NCBI GenBank assembly: GCA_013239625.1
Contig: MU053934.1
Span: 7,148,399 to 7,212,398 of the forward strand
Length of the DNA stretch: 64,000 bases
DNA from: Lama guanicoe
Taxonomy: Eukaryota
Reading direction: 5' to 3'
Shown in pieces: positions 1 through 12,932 of the stretch. Under the pieces are notes generated by a model. That model made no database searches, was not told the origin of the DNA, and worked only from the letters and a program-made list of their open reading frames with translations. Every line of letters begins with the position of its first letter. Position 1 is the first letter of the stretch. The translations under genes and the position numbers were made by a program.

Positions 1-344
1 AGGGATTCATTTCAATTTGGATTCCAGTAAACTGGAATTTCTGACAAGCGGGTCAGGAGCCATACTCTCATCTTCTTCAGCACTATTTCCTCATTAGGGG
101 AGACCACAGCACAGGCATGGTGATAAAAAAGATGTTTAAACAATCAGAGAAAACTGCTTTCAAACGCCTCTCAAAGGTTCCATGTACAGTCATGAATTAT
201 AGTGTTCACATCTTAAAATAAAGCAAGTGTTTTAAAAACCTGTGTGAGCAATTCTTTTATTAACCCAACTGGATGAAAAATGGTACAGAGCACACACAGG
301 TACCAGATCCTAAGTCCTCTGCGGGCACCACCCCACTAAATCAT

Positions 345-460
345 CAGAGCAACACTATCAGTCACAGTTTACAGACGGGGAAACTGAGGCAGCAGGTGGA
401 CAGCTTGCCCAACGTCACATGGGTGAGTAAGGAGCAGGGCTGGCACTCAGACCCAAGCAG
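345..460 (-). mobile_element. MIR SINE fragment
   Basis: MIR core in reverse: tttacagacggggaaactgaggc...cttgcccaacgtcacatg. Confidence 0.7.
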
Positions 461-1149
461 GATGGTCCCCGTTCCGCTGCTTGAGCCCAATAACCACTGA
501 CTGACCCCTCCCCACCCCAGTCCCCCGACCTCCGCTGGCTGAGATGAGAAAGCTGCTCTCTGGAGATGGGTGGGGGCCTCTGCAACCTTAGGAAGGCTTA
601 GAAATGAGGACAGATACAATCAAACCCACGGTTTAGGTTGGAGAACAAGTTTGTGGACATAATGACAATGGGCAGGGGTTTCGAATAACATGCTTGAAAT
701 ACTTAAGGCACGCATTCTCAACAGGGGACAAAAATTGTTTCTTGGAAAGTGAAAAAAAAAACAACTTAGTTATTACAGTAGCTTGGAGCCTTCCAAAGAT
801 CACTCGTACTGACAAAATCATATTCCTTAGTATTTAATTTCTCTCACTATGGAAAAAATGAATCTAATTTAAGTTTAAAATAAGCTAATTGATTAATTTA
901 AATTCAATTTTTCTGCTTAGGGAACAATAATATGGTATTTTGAAAACTACTATTTTAGATTTACAATTTTAATTTTAAATATTTAACTGATACAGATATA
1001 ATTTTGATTTGAAATGTGTGCAAATTTGATTTCTTGTACTTTGAATGTTTAATGGCATGTCTGAAGGAATTCTGCTTACTCAATCTACACTATTTTGGCA
1101 TACCATTATAAATATATTTTTGTATTTTATAAATATGTAATGGTATTTT

Positions 1150-1282
1150 TGTTTGTTTGGTTTTTTTGAGGTGGGAGGTAATTCGGTTTATTCATTTCAT
1201 TTATTTATTTTTAATAGAAGTACTGGGAGTTGAACCCAGGCCTAAGCATGTGCTCTACCACTGAGCTATACCCTCCCTACCT
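1150..1282 (-). mobile_element. tRNA-derived SINE, camelid (vic-1-like) type, with target-site duplication
   Basis: Minus strand reads GGGAGGGTATAGCTCAGTGGTAGAGCAC (A box) ... GGGTTCAACTCCCAGTAC (B box), then an A-rich tail. Flanked by taa(t/c)ggtatttt at 1138-1149 and 1283-1294. Confidence 0.85.
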
Positions 1283-2011
1283 TAACGGTATTTTAGATAA
1301 AGGGTGATTTTGCTAGCTAGATTTGTAGGGCTGCCACTTGGGTATTTTAGAAATCAGATATACTGAGTTTGTAAATGAAGTTTAAAATGTTTGAGGATCC
1401 TTAGTTAGGGTTGTAAATGGGGTTAAGGAAATTTGCTCTTGTAAAATTATAAATTAATTAAATACTTTAAAAAGTTACTTTTTACACAGAAGTTACTAAG
1501 TTTATAAATTGACATATGATATTTATGTGCTATATTTGAAGATTTGGAAAGTAGGTTTTTTAATTTGTAGATTTAATAAATTAAGTAAAATTGAGATGAA
1601 AGAAGCTGGAAGCATTCCATCTGAGAACAAAAGTCACCCTCAGGCATTAAAAAGCCATACTGTCATAAAGAAGCCTCCCAGGTCCTCCGCATCATCATTT
1701 CCTGTTTTAATTTCTTCAAAGCACTTATCAACACCTGTTATTTTCTTGTTTATTTACTTCTTTAATTGCTCTGTCTCTGCCTGTGGGAGGGGTCTCATTT
1801 GTCTATCACTGTATTCTAATCCAGAGCTTTGTGTTTATTACATTTTTAATAGATTTCTGGAAAAACAAGCCAGTTGGGTCGTCCAACTCCTCAGCCCACC
1901 ATGCCTTTCTGTTGTCCAACAGGGCCTCCCAAGTTCTCTCGTGCAAATGTGAACTCCTTTCCTAGTGCAGCACACAAGCACACAAGAAGGACACGGCTGA
2001 GATGAACTTAC

Positions 2012-2084
2012 TGCATTGGCATTTCCTCCAACTTGCATGCATCGCAGTTGAAACCAAGACCAGTTAGAATCCAACTCCGTAGAT
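2012..2084 (-). CDS. ARFGAP3: ARFGAP3 coding exon 3 (ArfGAP domain)
   Basis: tttag|A TCT ACG GAG TTG GAT ... AAT GCA|gtaagt; encodes (R)[24 protein letters not shown]; 73 nt, phase fits exon 2. The gene continues beyond position 1. Confidence 0.96.
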
Positions 2085-2477
2085 CTAAACGGAAAGAATA
2101 TTCTTAAATGTTACTACTTTTTCCTCCCAGAATCAAGCCACTAAACTTTTGAGAATAAGGTTTCCTTGCTCTTCAGGATCCTAAAGAATTCCGAGTTTGT
2201 GCTGACAGTGACAGATGCTTCCAGGATGCTGGGTCAGGGCAGCTGATACAAGCCACTCCTGGCCCCTCTCACCCTTCCTAGAAGACAAGGCTCCAGCTCT
2301 TGAACATAAAAACTAATTGTTCTTGAACTGACCTCTCTCTCATAACACTGGAATTTCAAAATAAAAGGTTTTGATGAGAATGGACTCTGAATATAGTCAA
2401 CCTGAGGAAGACACGTGAACTGTGTATCGGCTTCCATTGCTACACGAGGCGGCGGCTCCTTGCAGGTTGCTTCTTAC

Positions 2478-2526
2478 CTTCTATTTAGATTAAGAGCTGT
2501 ACAGAAGGTAAGAGTCAGTGACAGCG
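2478..2526 (-). other. ARFGAP3: Candidate stop-containing (poison/cryptic) exon in ARFGAP3 intron 2
   Basis: Branch-like CTAAT, long pyrimidine tract, ttag acceptor at 2527, donor AAG|GTAAGA at 2478/2477; in-frame TAA. Confidence 0.35.
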
Positions 2527-3259
2527 CTAAGAAGAAAGTAAACCACGGAAAGCAAGAAAAGCTGAAGAATTAGTTTCACTTTACCAGAACTGTTCGTTTT
2601 CAGCATTAGTCATTTTCAATTTGGTTCGAAGAACGAGTCACATTATCACTGATGCTAAAACAGTTACAATTTAAGACAATTCACAAAACTATTTCATTTG
2701 CAAAGATTCACTTGTCCAGGATTGTATTAATAAAATTGATGGGTTCATTTTCCAAATTTACATTCTCTTACGAATGCACCTCAGATAATTGTGAAGCTTG
2801 AGACAAACAGGTTTTAATTCAGAAAATTTAAAAGTAACATTTAAAATGAAAAAACAAACAGAATTGCTCCTGTTAACAAGTCAGGTAAATGATAAAAACG
2901 GATTTACCATAACTTCTACAATCCTTATGAGTCAAAACATAACCTCCTTAAAAACTGCATGAACTAGCTTCACTAATGGCTGCTACAGTTAGTACTTTTT
3001 TTGTACGTAGAGCAGAATGAATCTCACAAATAAACCTGACAAGGTTATCACATAATCACATTTTTTAAATGAAGTAAATTACACTGTGATTAATCTAGAC
3101 TCTTAGAGACAAGCCCAGGACGTTTCCAGGTAGCTATTTGTTTAACTGGCTTGATTGCTTAATATAAGGTCAGGAAAAGTGCTGCCTCTCTGAGCTAACA
3201 ACATAAAAAGGTGCTCCTCTCACGTGGACTGAGCAGGTACCCAAATGACTCGGATCTGA

Positions 3260-3480
3260 CCATCGTGGACATGTGCTGGGGGCCTACCACCTGCCAGGCT
3301 CTGAGTGAGTCCATTTGCTCACTCCTCCCAAGCCCTGTGATGAGCACAAGCCTTCTCATCCCCACTTTCAAGAGAAGGAAACTGAGGCGCAGAGAGGTAA
3401 GGAACACGCGCAGAGCTAGCAGGGGATGGCACCAGGATTCAGACCCCCAGGAGTCGGGCTGCAGCGCCCTCGCTCCTAGT
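3260..3480 (-). mobile_element. MIR SINE
   Basis: atccccactttcaagagaaggaaactgaggcgcagagaggtaag...ggattcagaccc, MIR core reversed. Confidence 0.7.
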
Positions 3481-4326
3481 GCCCACCCAGCACTGCCTCG
3501 TGAATCTCTGGGGCGCCCGCTGCACCCAGGCCCACATCAGCCTTCCCCTCCCACGTACAACCCTCAAGGAGTCAAGTTTAAGTTCCCAGCCTGGCAGTCA
3601 ATCAAGACCCTCCCAACGTCACACAGATCTTCCCCTCCGACTCTCATTTCCCCTCATTTTCCTATGCATACGAAATCTAGCTGCTAAGCCTTTCACTTTT
3701 CCCATCTCTACACCTTTTCTTAAAGTCTCAGCGCTGACTTCCTCTTCCCCAGCCTTGTCTCCATCATCAAAATCTCACCAGATCTTCAAAGTTCACGGCA
3801 AATGTTACCTCCTCCTTTAAACTTTGCCTATTATTTTCTAACCAGAGGTAGACACGATGCTTTGTTTCCACCTCTTTATAGTCTGTCTTCCTATTTATGT
3901 TGTATTTGAGCCTGTCCCTCCCCCTAGTCCAACAACAGCAATGCATGGACAAGATGGACCCCCTTCACCTGTCATAGCTCATGAAATACTTAATGGCGAA
4001 CTTGAGAAGAAGCAGAGCTGGAGGGAGGGGGGCCCCAGGAAACTGGGCTGTCACAGGCACTGGGGTGAAGTGCTCCAGCCCTGGGACCTGGTGGGGAAGG
4101 GCCAGATGCCTAGGTCCACTCTGTAGTCAGCTCCCAACACAGCTTTGCCATTTCCGTAGACACGTAACCTGCCCTTCCTTTTTGTGGGGCAAAAGCCAGA
4201 GGTTATAAATGTTTTCCCTTGCAAAACTGTTGTCTTGAAATTCTACTTAAAAACAACAACAACAACTTTTTAAATAAACATTCCACCCACACCAACTGTT
4301 AATGTGTTCATGCCTGGGAAATGGGA

Positions 4327-4359
4327 CTGTGTGTGTGTCCGTGTGTGTGTCTGTGTGTG
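4327..4359. repeat. Interrupted (TG)n microsatellite
   Basis: ctgtgtgtgtgtccgtgtgtgtgtctgtgtgtg. Confidence 0.8.
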
Positions 4360-6398
4360 CAGCTGGCTGGCAAGGGGAGGAGAAGGGAAGGGAGGCGGGG
4401 CTCCAGAGGAGCGACTTTCACTTCCTACTTCATATGCTCTGGGACTGTTTGGATTTTTTTCCCCCAATGAACTAATGTTTGTAACTTTTTAAAATCAATA
4501 AAAAATGTTTAAAGGGCAGCCCTCCACTTCTCACAAAAAAATCCTTAGTACCTTTATCATGCTTGACTTTCTCGTGTCTAAGTCCTAGATTGACGCCCTT
4601 GGGTTACATACACAGTGATTTTTTTTTTAACAGTTGTTTTTGAATTATTTATAAGCATTGTGATTCATACTGTTATATTTATCTAACTTTTAAAAGAGTA
4701 GTGATTAAGCCTGCAACAGCCCAAACAGATCCTGCTGTCCGGCCTCAGGCTCTCGGTCAGCCCTCAACTGGGGAACACGTCAGAAAACCACCTGATTTCC
4801 TGGAATGGCTTAGCTGGCAGTGTGCTTTGGTGGTGAGGAAAAGGGAGGGCCGGGTTCTACTGGGCAGAACTTAGCAGAGAGGAAGAGGGAAAGTGCACAG
4901 GAAGAGAGAAAGGAAGACAGGCAATCACACATTGCCTCGAGTCCAGGCGCCCCGGGGTCTGCGCAGAGCGGGTCACCCCATGTTAACTGGTGACAGTCTA
5001 TCTGGGGGGAAAGTAAATGAAGAATAAACTTGCCCTGGCAACTAAAGCCCTCGGCATTTGTAAAAAGAGACAAGGCCAGGACGGTGTATTAACAATATAC
5101 TGGGACCAGCGTCTAAGAGAAAGAAAAGAATACTCTGAAAAGAGATACTCTGAAGCCAGTAAGAACACATAAGAGAACTCCCTTTTCTAAATAATTACCT
5201 ATGTACTTACACAGCTATGATATTTAGCCCATCATACCTTTATAGAAATTGATTTCTGAGAAAAGAACTCAGGAAAGTACAGTTTTTTCAACTTAATATA
5301 TGAAAAGAAAATTATGTTATTATTATTATATAGTTTTGTGCCAGCATACAAAATATTACAAATTATAATCAATTTTATCCTCCAGAACAAATGTGCTCTA
5401 TGGTAATCACGTTGTAATGTCAGTATTTCTTAGTCATAACATAAAATAAAACTGCTTGCCATAATTTCAAACAGACTGCCTGCCTAGCTGGTTCCTTCCC
5501 TGGGAAGGGAAGTGGCAGGGAAATAGGTGACTGCCTGGGGGAGGCCAGTCGTACAGAGACGGGGACCCCGGCCTTGGGGCAGCGGTAGGGGGCACCCTGC
5601 AGAGGCCACAGCTGTTCAGGCACAGGCCTCACTCAGTTTCTAAGCCCAGAGCCTGGCCAGGGATCCGTGTATTATTTCAGTTTATTGTACTTCACACTAG
5701 GGCACTTCTGGCCTCCCACTGGACTGTGGGGCTGTGTCCAGAGGGGCGCCTTTCTCTGGGGCCCACAAAAGCCCCACCGAGGCCTTTGACAGAGGGTCAG
5801 AGCAGAGAGAGGGACTTCACAGAAAGGTGCCAGGCAGCCAAGTCTTCAGATTAAGAAAATAAGACTTTCATACTGTAAACATTTGAAACTGCCGCTAAAA
5901 TTCATGCACAAACCATTCCCCCAGGCTGTGCTATTAGTGTCCTTGGGAGCCAGAGCAGTAGGATTATGCTGGAGGCAAACCCCTGCTGTTAACAAGGGGC
6001 CCCCGCCCCCACCCCGTGTTAACCCTCCGCCTGGGGGAGGGTAGGCTGGACCCACTGCTCCTGACTCCCCTTCTACCAGGAGGCCTCAGAGCAAGGCTCC
6101 CCTGTGCCTCTGATCATTAGAAGACAATAAAGGAAAAGGAAATACTGTGTCAAACCCTCTATTCTGACTGTGCCTTTGACAGCACTGCCTCAGGTCTCTC
6201 ACACAGAGCTCTACGGAACGGCAACTGAATAGAAAATAGATCGTTTTCCCAGGTTACTTCATTATGTAAGACTGAAATCTCCATTACTCATAATCAACCT
6301 CTCATTTCACTGGACGCCAAAGCAAACATAAAGGAAAAGGGGAGAGAGACCCATGAAACAGTGGAATCACTCCCACACCCCTAGTGATGGAAGACTCA

Positions 6399-6542
<144 letters not shown>

Positions 6543-6989
6543 TTATTAATTAATTCTGATTAGCCAAATGAACTATCCTCTGGGCAGTACAGGTTTGGCT
6601 TGAAAGCTGCTTCATCATTACAGGTTAAACTGGTTATTAGAAAACACCTCACCTAGTTTTTTTCCCAAAACCTCAAATTTCAATTTATTTTATTACTATA
6701 TTATATAGAATTACATAGCAGTAGACTATTAATATAATGCATGAATTATATAATAAGTTCTATATTACTGCATATCTGTTATAACACTATGCAGCATGCG
6801 TAGTGAAGAGAACTTGGGTGTGCTTATCATCTCAAATATTACTCGTACGTGAGGCATCAACAGGCTTCCTACCAGTCACGTACATGAACCCGAGACAGGA
6901 ATGTCCCCTGCTCAGCCCCTGGACGGTGGCTTTCTACCAAACGGCAGGCGTTCGTGCATGTCCTCCTCCCCTAGGCCAGAGAAGGAGGG

Positions 6990-7668
6990 CGTGGTAGCCA
7001 GACTCCGAGATGCCCCCTGGGATCCTGCCCTCCTGGTACTCAAGCCCTCACATAATCCCCACCCTCACTTTTCCCAGGTGGGCCTGTGACCAGTGATATG
7101 GAAGTGCCAGTATGTCACTTCCAGGATTAGGTCACAAAAGATGCTGGGGTCTCCTTTCTCTCTCTTGCTCTCCCTCCCCTGGATCACTGGCCCTGGGGGA
7201 CACCAGCTGCCACATCTTGAGGACACGTAGCCCAGTGGAGAGGCTCAAGCAGTGAGGAACCGAGGCCTTTAGTCCAACAGCCAGTGAGGAGCAGAGCCTG
7301 GCTGACTACCACGTGAGTGAGCTTGGAGTGGAAACCTCAGCCTTCGGGCGACTGCAGCCTCATGAAAGACCCTGAGCCTCCCTTCCTCAACACTGATGAA
7401 GCCAACATTCTTCATCTGATAACAGGAGCATAAAAGTATTTGAAATATACAACGCTTGTCATGGAAATTAATAGTTACTATTAATCAGAGTCAGAACAAC
7501 AGTTAAAAATAGAGATGTTTTTCATTGTTTTCAGGGGAGGGGGGACATTTTTTAGCCAGCTGAGCCACCCCCAGATTCCTGACCCTCAGAACCTTTGTGA
7601 GATAATGTTTTTTCTTTGAAGATGCTGAGTTCCAGGTAATTGGATACATAGCAATAGACACTAATACA
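6990..7668 (+). mobile_element. MaLR (MLT1-type) solo LTR, interrupted at about 7379-7553
   Basis: MLT1-like start gtggtagccagactc and end gcaatagacactaataca; near 5-bp TSD gaggg/gagag. Confidence 0.8.
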
Positions 7669-8143
7669 GAGAGCTGCCCCTCTATGAAATGCTGTGTCCT
7701 TCATGCCTCCTCCACTCTGTCCAGGTCACTTTTATAACTCAGACGCACAGCTCGTAACCAAGGAGTATGCCCTGTCCTGCACTGAGGAGGCTTGGAGCTC
7801 CTGCAGGGTCAGGACGTTTCCCTTCACCTTGCCTTCCTCACGTATCAGCACAGACACTGGATGTATATTTTTTTAATCTCCCACAGAGCCTGAAAAATAG
7901 TGACTTACTCATACTAAGCATCCAGGAAATATAAGTTAATTAAATGAAAAACTTACAAAACTTCTTACGAGCTTGAAAATTATCACCAAGTCCCTCAAGA
8001 CTGACTGAAGGCAAACAGTCTTTATCTGATAAAAGGACATAAAATTACTTTAAAATACACAGTGCTTGTCATGGAATTCATATTTGTAATTACTTAAAGT
8101 CAGAACAACAGAGTAGTAAAAATTCCATGAATAGGAGATTTTT
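7385..8143 (+). repeat. Diverged direct repeat of about 140 bp (7385-7521 and 7993-8143)
   Basis: Collinear shared blocks cctcaa-actga, atctgataa-agga-cataaaa, gcttgtcatggaa, agtcagaacaacag. Confidence 0.85.
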
Positions 8144-9484
8144 TAAAAGCACCCATCTTTTGGATACAATTTACAGGAAGAGCCACCTATGTGAAGGTTG
8201 TCCCAACTATAATCATCAAGAAAGATTTGGCTTCTGGCCTTTTGAGGGCAATACAAGAGTGAAATATTCGTATTTCAAGGCCCCTCACTGTGCCAGGCTC
8301 ACATTAGGTAAGTGGGAATAGTGGTGGCAGGGTGACAATTGACATGAAAGGCACCAGCCATTCACTTCAGTGTTTACTGACTGCCTGCTGTACACCAGAC
8401 ACTGGCAGATGCTGAGGTATTAAGAAGTGGATGGTGGCTCGGAATCCACGACATTTGATGAGTCCCTACCCCCCGGCCACCAGGCCACTGGAAGAAAAGG
8501 ACCCAGAAATGAAGATGGCCCGTGGTAAGAGCCATAAGCAAAGGAATCCCCTCCCATGGGATGCCAAACAGTGGATGACTCTGCCAAAGGTGCTGTCCCT
8601 CTGCAAGAGGCCACTGTAAGCCTGCACTTACTCAGCTACCAGCTGTCACTGTCAGCATGCACCTGGCTCACACGAAGCAGATGGACAAAGGTGGCCTGGG
8701 AGGAGTCGGCCCACAAGGAGCCCACAGCCTAGCAGTCCTGGTGAGCAAGACAACCAGTTGAATCTTAGTAAGCAAGGCCAGGATGCAAACAGTTTTCTAG
8801 ACAGTGTCCAAGCAGCATTTGGGATCTCAAGAACAGAGTCTAGAAGGGCAGTAAGTGGCAAAAACCTGAGCAGGAAACGGCCCCATGCGGGGAGGGGACC
8901 CAGAGACAGGGAGTACACAGCCCAGAGCAGGCAAGTCCGGGAATCACTCTCCAGGTGGTCACAAGGCTGGCTATGTATGAAAAGACAGCAGCAGGGTTTC
9001 TAACAAGTGGCCTCAGCGTCCTCCTGACCCACCAAGATGAAGAACTGCAGAAAGTAGCTCCGTGAGAGCCGGGGCCCCAACTACCTTGTTCGCCTGAGCT
9101 GAGCACCAAGCCTGGCACAAAGCAGGTACTAAATGCAAATACAGGAGTTGGGGCAGCTTGTAGGGGTGGAAGAGCTCACGAGCTGAGATTGGGACCTGTG
9201 GAATCTGAGATCAGAAGGCAGTTAGAAACACAAGCGTGGCTCTTACAGATACTGCCTATGTTCTCCTGCTAGAGCAGGGACTGCACTTTGTGTTGAAATG
9301 CAATCCTAAACCAAAGTTGAGATGTGGTTTTCTAAGCAGTATATCAGTTCTTACAGTGGTGAAACACAGTTTTGGACTATCAATCTGTTGGAGTGTTTGC
9401 TCCATGTTGGGCACTGTTGTTGGCCAAATGAATCTTTATAACAACCCTGTAAGGGTTGCTCATAATTAAAATAATAAAAACAAA

Positions 9485-9660
9485 AAAAGAGCTGGCATGT
9501 ATTGAGGACCGACATATACAGGTACTTCTCTAAGTGCTTTACTTGGATTTTCTTATATAATCCTCATAATAACCCTCTGAATTAGATCCAGCTTATGTCC
9601 CATTTTCAGATGAGGAAAATAAGGTATAAGTAACCTGCCCAAGGTGACACAGGTAGTCAA
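9485..9660 (-). mobile_element. MIR SINE
   Basis: tcccattttcagatgaggaaaataagg...taacctgcccaaggtgacacag. Confidence 0.75.
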
Positions 9661-10679
9661 AGGGTCTGGACAGCAATTCACAAGCAAGCCCAAACATGTC
9701 CCTCTAAAGTATTCTTGGTATAAAGACAGTGAAATCGTATTTAAAAGGGAACCTTCTCTTTGATGAATTCAGTCAAAGAGAAAATATGTTGTGTTTCTGA
9801 GATAAAGGAGACAAAAATATAGTTTCTACACTGCTAACTGCAGATCGTAATCTAGTCTAGTCTACAGCAACCGCTCTTTATAAGCAGATCAATCTAAATT
9901 TGAAAATCAAGAAAATAGTAAAGAAACTGGCACTGGAGAATTCCTGGAACACTTCTCCTCCTGACTTTCCTACATTCACCAGCTATCACCTCCAATAAAC
10001 CATTTCCTTCCTCACTTCTCTTAGGCTGTAACAAATATGGGCTCCTCTCCACCTAGATTTTAAACAAAGACACCTAAACTTTCTAAAACTCAGCAACTTT
10101 CTATGCTATTACGTCATGGCTCATGACCATGCTGGTTAACAGCTGTCACTTTGGAGGTGACAGTGGGGACCGGACAGGACTCCTGTCACAGGAGAGGGGA
10201 GAGTCCACGCTGACACAACAGCTCTTTGCACTGTCCAGGTTTCACTCCAACCTGTGATCCTCAGCGGAGGGTGTCACTTTAGCCCGATGCATCATCACAA
10301 CACTTCCAGCCAGTAGCAAAAAGTTGTTAGACTCATGGGGGGGGGGAACAGCCTCTGGAGATAGGAAAAAAAAAAAAAAAGAAAACCCCAATCTCCAAAG
10401 AGACCCAAAGAGTAGGAAGGGGAAGGTCTGTGGTGGGCTTTCTTAGCAAGAGAAAAGAGCTGGAAGCCACTGCAGCGACCACTTAGCAGCTTTATAAGAC
10501 AGGGAGACTGAGGCTGCCATGAAAAGATACAGGGAACCAACCACGTCCCAGCAGTCGCCCTGAAGCGCTTCAGAGGAGAGCTCAAGGGTGCAGAGGGGGC
10601 AAGGCGAGCTTTCTAAGCGCCCAGTGCTGCTAGCTGGAGTTTCTGACCCGGTGCATGCTTCCTGGCTGGGTCACAGGTG

Positions 10680-11770
10680 GCCTGCGGTGTTCGCTCCCAG
10701 CCTCGGTGTACGCTCCGCAGTCCTCTCTCGGGCCCCCGAGCTCGCCTCTGGCTCTCTCAGGAATTCAGTGTCTACTCCGCCATCCCCAAAAGCCGGCTCC
10801 GACTCCTGTAAGCTCCCTGGCCCAGTGTCAGGAAGTCACAAGTGTCTGACCCCTGGGCCCCCAGATGCTCTAGCCTCCCGCCCCCAGGACCCCCAGGCGC
10901 CCGCCCTGCCCGGGACCCCGGTGTGCTCCCCCTTAACCGCCCCCTCCCTTGCTGAGGCTGGCGGGCGGCGCACAGTCTGGACCCAGGCGAGGCCCAGTCG
11001 CTGCGGCCGCACAGTGCGACGTGTCACAGGCCGGGCCGGCTCCTCCTCCCGCGGCCGCGGCCACTGGCGCCGCAGGGGCCGTCCGCGGGGTCCGGCAGGG
11101 ATGCCAAGCAAGCCTGAACGCGTCTGGCGGCCGTTACCTTATTGGTGGGCACGGAGCGGAGGCGCTTGAAGATGGTCAGGATGTCCTGCTTGCTGGGGTC
11201 CCCCATGGTCACCAAACAAGCAGGGAGCAGCCGGCCCTGACAACCGGGAAATACGGAGCAGGAGCGGTTGCCGCCTCCGGGAGGTAGACGACGGCCGAGG
11301 GGCAGGGCTGCGCGTGACGATGAACCACGCCTCCCTATGGCCCCGCCCACACTCCGCCTACGACCAGAACGCACGCGCCACTCTCCCCTAGGGCTCTCGC
11401 CTAGGGACGCCGCTGGCTCCACCCACTCGAGGCCCGTCCTCCGACGCGGCACGCGCGTGCGCAGGAGTCTCGTGCGACTTCGTCAGGCCTCCGCCGTTCT
11501 TTCACGGCCCTGCGTGGCGAAGCTGGTCTCGGTGAGGTTCGGGTATATGCGCGCAGCTGCGAGAAGCAGCGCTACTTCGGCTGGTGGGCCACCACTTCGG
11601 CTGACAGACTGCCTCCTTGGCCGAGGTCCTCTCACCTCCTCCCTGTGAGGGCGGCAGAACCCGTCCCTGCAAGTGGCAAAGGAGCAAACTTTGGGGCAGG
11701 AGCGTCCCCGCCGTTTCCCGACGCCCGAGGACTCGAATACAGACGCTGGAGTTTCGCTACTCGTCTTCCC
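10680..11770. promoter_or_regulatory. ARFGAP3: CpG island promoter of ARFGAP3
   Basis: Dense CpG and high GC around exon 1; GC box gccccgccc at about 11340; NRF1-like cgcgcgtgcgca at 11452-11463. Confidence 0.88.
11138..11206 (-). CDS. ARFGAP3: ARFGAP3 coding exon 1 (start codon)
   Basis: Strong Kozak gtgaccATGG; encodes [23 protein letters not shown] then AAG|gtaacg; 69 nt. Confidence 0.97.
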
Positions 11771-12719
11771 CCCACCCCAAAACTAAGGCTGAGCCCTGGG
11801 TGAGAAGCTTCCCACACCGAAAACTGGTTTTCTTAAAGTTTCCGTTTATGTATGTCAGTGAGAGATGGCAGGTCCCCTGAGGCGAAAGGCGCTCAGTCAG
11901 AACTGAGGAATATGAACCAGAAAAGGAGCCGACCTTTCACACCCTGGGGTAACGTTGCTGGCTACAAGGATTTAAACGGTGGTGCCTCTTTGGGAGCCAC
12001 TAGGTGAATGTCACCTGGGGTTCGGCCGTTCAGGGGCAGGATAACAGGTTTTGGAGTGAAACGCGGTACCTTGGCTCCACGCGCAGCCCTGCCAGCTCCT
12101 TCCCTGCTCTGTGACCTCGGTCAGGTCACTTGTTTAAAGCTTGGTTTGCTCCTTTGTACACGGGGGTAAGAGAGGAGGAATCAGCACCCAGCAGCTTCCC
12201 AGTGAAGTCCTGGCAAAGGCTCTGGCAGTAGTCTTTCTGCTTTTAGAGGCGAGGAATGTTCACTCGACCTGTCAGGTTAGGTGCCCTCAGGGGAGTTGGA
12301 AGCTTGCAGGGAGTGCAGACTGCTATAAGCCCGGGGTTGGAACTTTTCCAGGGAAGGGAAATTTATTACCTTACAGAACAGTAAGTTACTTTGGCAGACA
12401 GCTCTTTGAAAATGCTTCCTTACACTGAGTCAAATGTATATCCCTGTACTTTGTGCTAGTAGGTACTGGTTTGACCCTGCACAGAATACCTGGCACGGTA
12501 ATGAGCCACAGTCCTAATCTTTCTGATGGGAATGGGAATGATGGACCCATTTATTACTTGGAGCAGAAACCTTCGTACCAAGTTACATATGAGATTTAGG
12601 GTATTGTCTACTCTGGTCTCCTGTATGGAGATCCCTGAGAAGGAAAAAAGTGTAATAAAATGTAGACAGTAACTACACTAACAGGGACATAAGGTGAGAA
12701 AAAAATGACATTTGTACGC

Positions 12720-12932
12720 CCATCATTGTCTTTTCTGTCATCTGCTTAAGTGTTCTTCATAGAACTTACTACCACCTAATACCATAATATGTAATACCAT
12801 ATATATATCTGCCTCCCTTCAATTGAATATAAATTTTTTTCAGAACAGATCTATTGTGTCTACGTCCCTATACCCAGCACCTTGAACAAGACCTGGCACA
12901 TAGTTTGCATTCAGTAAAGATGTGTGGAATGG
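12720..12932 (+). mobile_element. L2 LINE 3' end
   Basis: cccagcaccttgaacaagacctggcacatagtttgcattcagtaaagatgtgtggaatg resembles the L2 terminus. Confidence 0.65.

Noticed and set aside
1210..1280. tRNA-like A and B boxes
   Set aside because: SINE head with A-rich tail and TSD, no complete cloverleaf; not a tRNA gene.
6715..6775. Imperfect AT-rich hairpin (atataat...attatat); a similar one at about 48396-48447
   Set aside because: Expected by chance in low-complexity AT-rich DNA; no miRNA or MITE hallmarks I can support.
10588..11648. Several 110-190 aa ORFs on both strands, including an apparent N-terminal extension of ARFGAP3 (11024-11452)
   Set aside because: Stop-poor CpG-island sequence with Arg/Gly/Pro-rich translations. 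The true start is the strong-Kozak ATG at 11206.
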